In this document: positions 62,910 to 64,000 of the stretch, piece by piece
Numbering within the stretch: position 1 is the first letter of the stretch
How the letters are laid out: every line of letters begins with the position of its first letter
Source: an uncultured Candidatus Saccharibacteria bacterium
Lineage (GTDB): Bacteria; Patescibacteriota; Minisyncoccia; Phycocordibacterales; UBA9973
Direction: 5' to 3'
DNA length: 64,000 nt
NCBI GenBank assembly: GCA_964626965.1
Contig: CAZVHB010000001.1
Location: forward strand, 1,818 to 65,817
Made by a program: the position numbers and the translations under genes
The notes under the pieces: model-generated
The model's input: only the letters and a program-made list of their open reading frames with translations
What the model was told of the DNA's origin: nothing
Database searches by the model: none

Positions 62910-63599
62910 ATGGCTCTAGTTAAAACAAAAAAAGAAATAGAAAACATACAAACTGCGTGTCAGATTACCGACGAGATTTTTAAAGAGGTGATTGTGTATG
63001 TGAAAAAAAATCGAGCGTGTACTGAGATTGAATTACAAAAATATATTTTACAACTCATAAAAAACAGAAATCTTCGCCCAAGTTTTCCGCCGATTGTGAC
63101 TTCGGGTTTCCGAGCAGGGAACGACATTCACCCAAAACCGACTGATAAAAAACTTGCCGGATTTACTATTATTGATCTCGGTGTTCGGTATAACGGATTT
63201 TGTTCTGATATGACTCGTACTATCTATGTAGGTGGACCAACAGAAAAAGAAAAAGAACTGTATCAAAAAATACTTGATGTGCAGTTGCTCGGTATCAAGC
63301 TTTCTCAGTCTGATGTGCGTTGTAGTGATATTGATGCGTCTGTGCGTTCATCACTTGATTCGCTTAAGAAATATTTTATTCATACCCTCGGACACGGTGT
63401 CGGACGAAAAATTCACGAAGCACCGATTATCTATGAAAAACGTACTAAGCCAGTTTTGAAAGATGCTATGGTGATTACTATTGAACCAGGTATCTATATC
63501 AAAAACAAGCTCGGAATAAGGATAGAAGATACGATTGTGGTCCAAGGTAAGAAACCGCTCATTTTGACTAAAACAACTAAAAAATTAATTTCTCTATAA
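62910..63599 (+). CDS. M24-family metallopeptidase (Xaa-Pro aminopeptidase / methionine aminopeptidase fold), catalytic domain only
   Basis: DLGVRYNGFCSDMTRT; HTLGHGVGRKIHE; MVITIEPGIY...GIRIEDTIVV. Confidence 0.8.
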   Translation: MALVKTKKEIENIQTACQITDEIFKEVIVYVKKNRACTEIELQKYILQLIKNRNLRPSFPPIVTSGFRAGNDIHPKPTDKKLAGFTIIDLGVRYNGFCSDMTRTIYVGGPTEKEKELYQKILDVQLLGIKLSQSDVRCSDIDASVRSSLDSLKKYFIHTLGHGVGRKIHEAPIIYEKRTKPVLKDAMVITIEPGIYIKNKLGIRIEDTIVVQGKKPLILTKTTKKLISL

Positions 63600-63620
63600 T
63601 ACGCACAACCTCACTTGTTG

Positions 63621-63696
63621 TGTCATTCCGGACTTGATCCGGAATCTAGAGTTTTGGAATGATCCATCCTGGATTCCGGATCAAGTCCGGAATGAC
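63621..63696. repeat. Palindromic two-hairpin repeat element, copy D (76 bp)
   Basis: tgtcattccggacttgatccggaatctaga...ctggattccggatcaagtccggaatgaca. Confidence 0.8.
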
Positions 63697-63772
63697 AATG
63701 CGGGCACATAACCCTTTCACAAAATATCGTATTTGTTATACTGTAATTGTATTAGTTTAATTATTACATTTC

Positions 63773-64000
63773 ATGAATTCATCATTTTCTATCAAAGAAG
63801 CATTTTCCTACGGTTGGGAGACATTTAAAAAACAATGGAAGTCTTTATTACCGTATTTTGCTGTACTTATTATTATACAAGTTGTATTCTCTTATCTTGG
63901 AGGAGAAAAAAGTCCAGTTGGTCTAACAGGGGCTATGGTCATAAATCTCCTTGGGACAGTTGTCAGTATTTTCTTGTCTGCAAGTATGATTAAAACAATA
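63773..64000 (+). CDS. Hypothetical membrane protein, 5' fragment (runs off the end of the window)
   Basis: ATG at 63773; at least two predicted TM helices; open to the window edge. Confidence 0.35.
   Translation, partial: MNSSFSIKEAFSYGWETFKKQWKSLLPYFAVLIIIQVVFSYLGGEKSPVGLTGAMVINLLGTVVSIFLSASMIKTI

Overview
Low-GC (~35%) bacterial chromosomal segment that uses the standard genetic code (TGA is a stop, e.g. at 29220-29222; long ORFs are intact). It is densely packed, mostly on the + strand, with short intergenic spacers, and its gene content and style suggest a Candidate Phyla Radiation (Patescibacteria)-like genome. The backbone is housekeeping: recG, polA, ligA, a UvrD-type helicase fused to a Cas4/RecB-like nuclease, efp, a SEDS-family protein, folD, a PAP2 phosphatase plus uppP, secDF, secA, glyQS, murI, ogt, htpX, lemA plus a TPM-domain protein, two M16/M24 peptidases, an RNase P RNA and a tRNA-Ser(GGA). 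Between these sit a type IV pilus locus (three major-pilin paralogs, pilD, four minor pilins), three large DUF11-repeat surface proteins (two of which share a C-terminal sorting-signal-like tail), two secreted Cys/Gly-rich proteins, a MacAB/DevCA-like adaptor-permease-ATPase transporter, a MutS-domain-V-only ATPase protein, and an unannotated 42-aa Lys/Ala-rich histone-H1-like protein. Non-coding signals are notable: (1) a roughly 77-bp two-hairpin palindromic MITE/REP-like repeat present in 4 copies; (2) three intergenic cassettes with identical geometry (GC-clamp terminator hairpin, 4 tandem AACCT-type heptads, TGCTATAGT, 6 nt, ATG); (3) a pervasive leaderless layout in which a TGnTATAMT -10 element lies exactly 6 nt before the ATG of at least 14 genes; (4) a 16-mer GGTGTGGGGGTATAMT abutting the -10 of recG, the helicase-nuclease gene and two other loci, including two inverted pairs; (5) a perfect sigma70 promoter that drives only a short terminator-bounded transcript, a candidate sRNA; (6) a 42-nt poly-G tract and a Nudix gene frameshifted in an A6CG7 homopolymer. 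No CRISPR array, integrase, transposase or reverse transcriptase is detectable.
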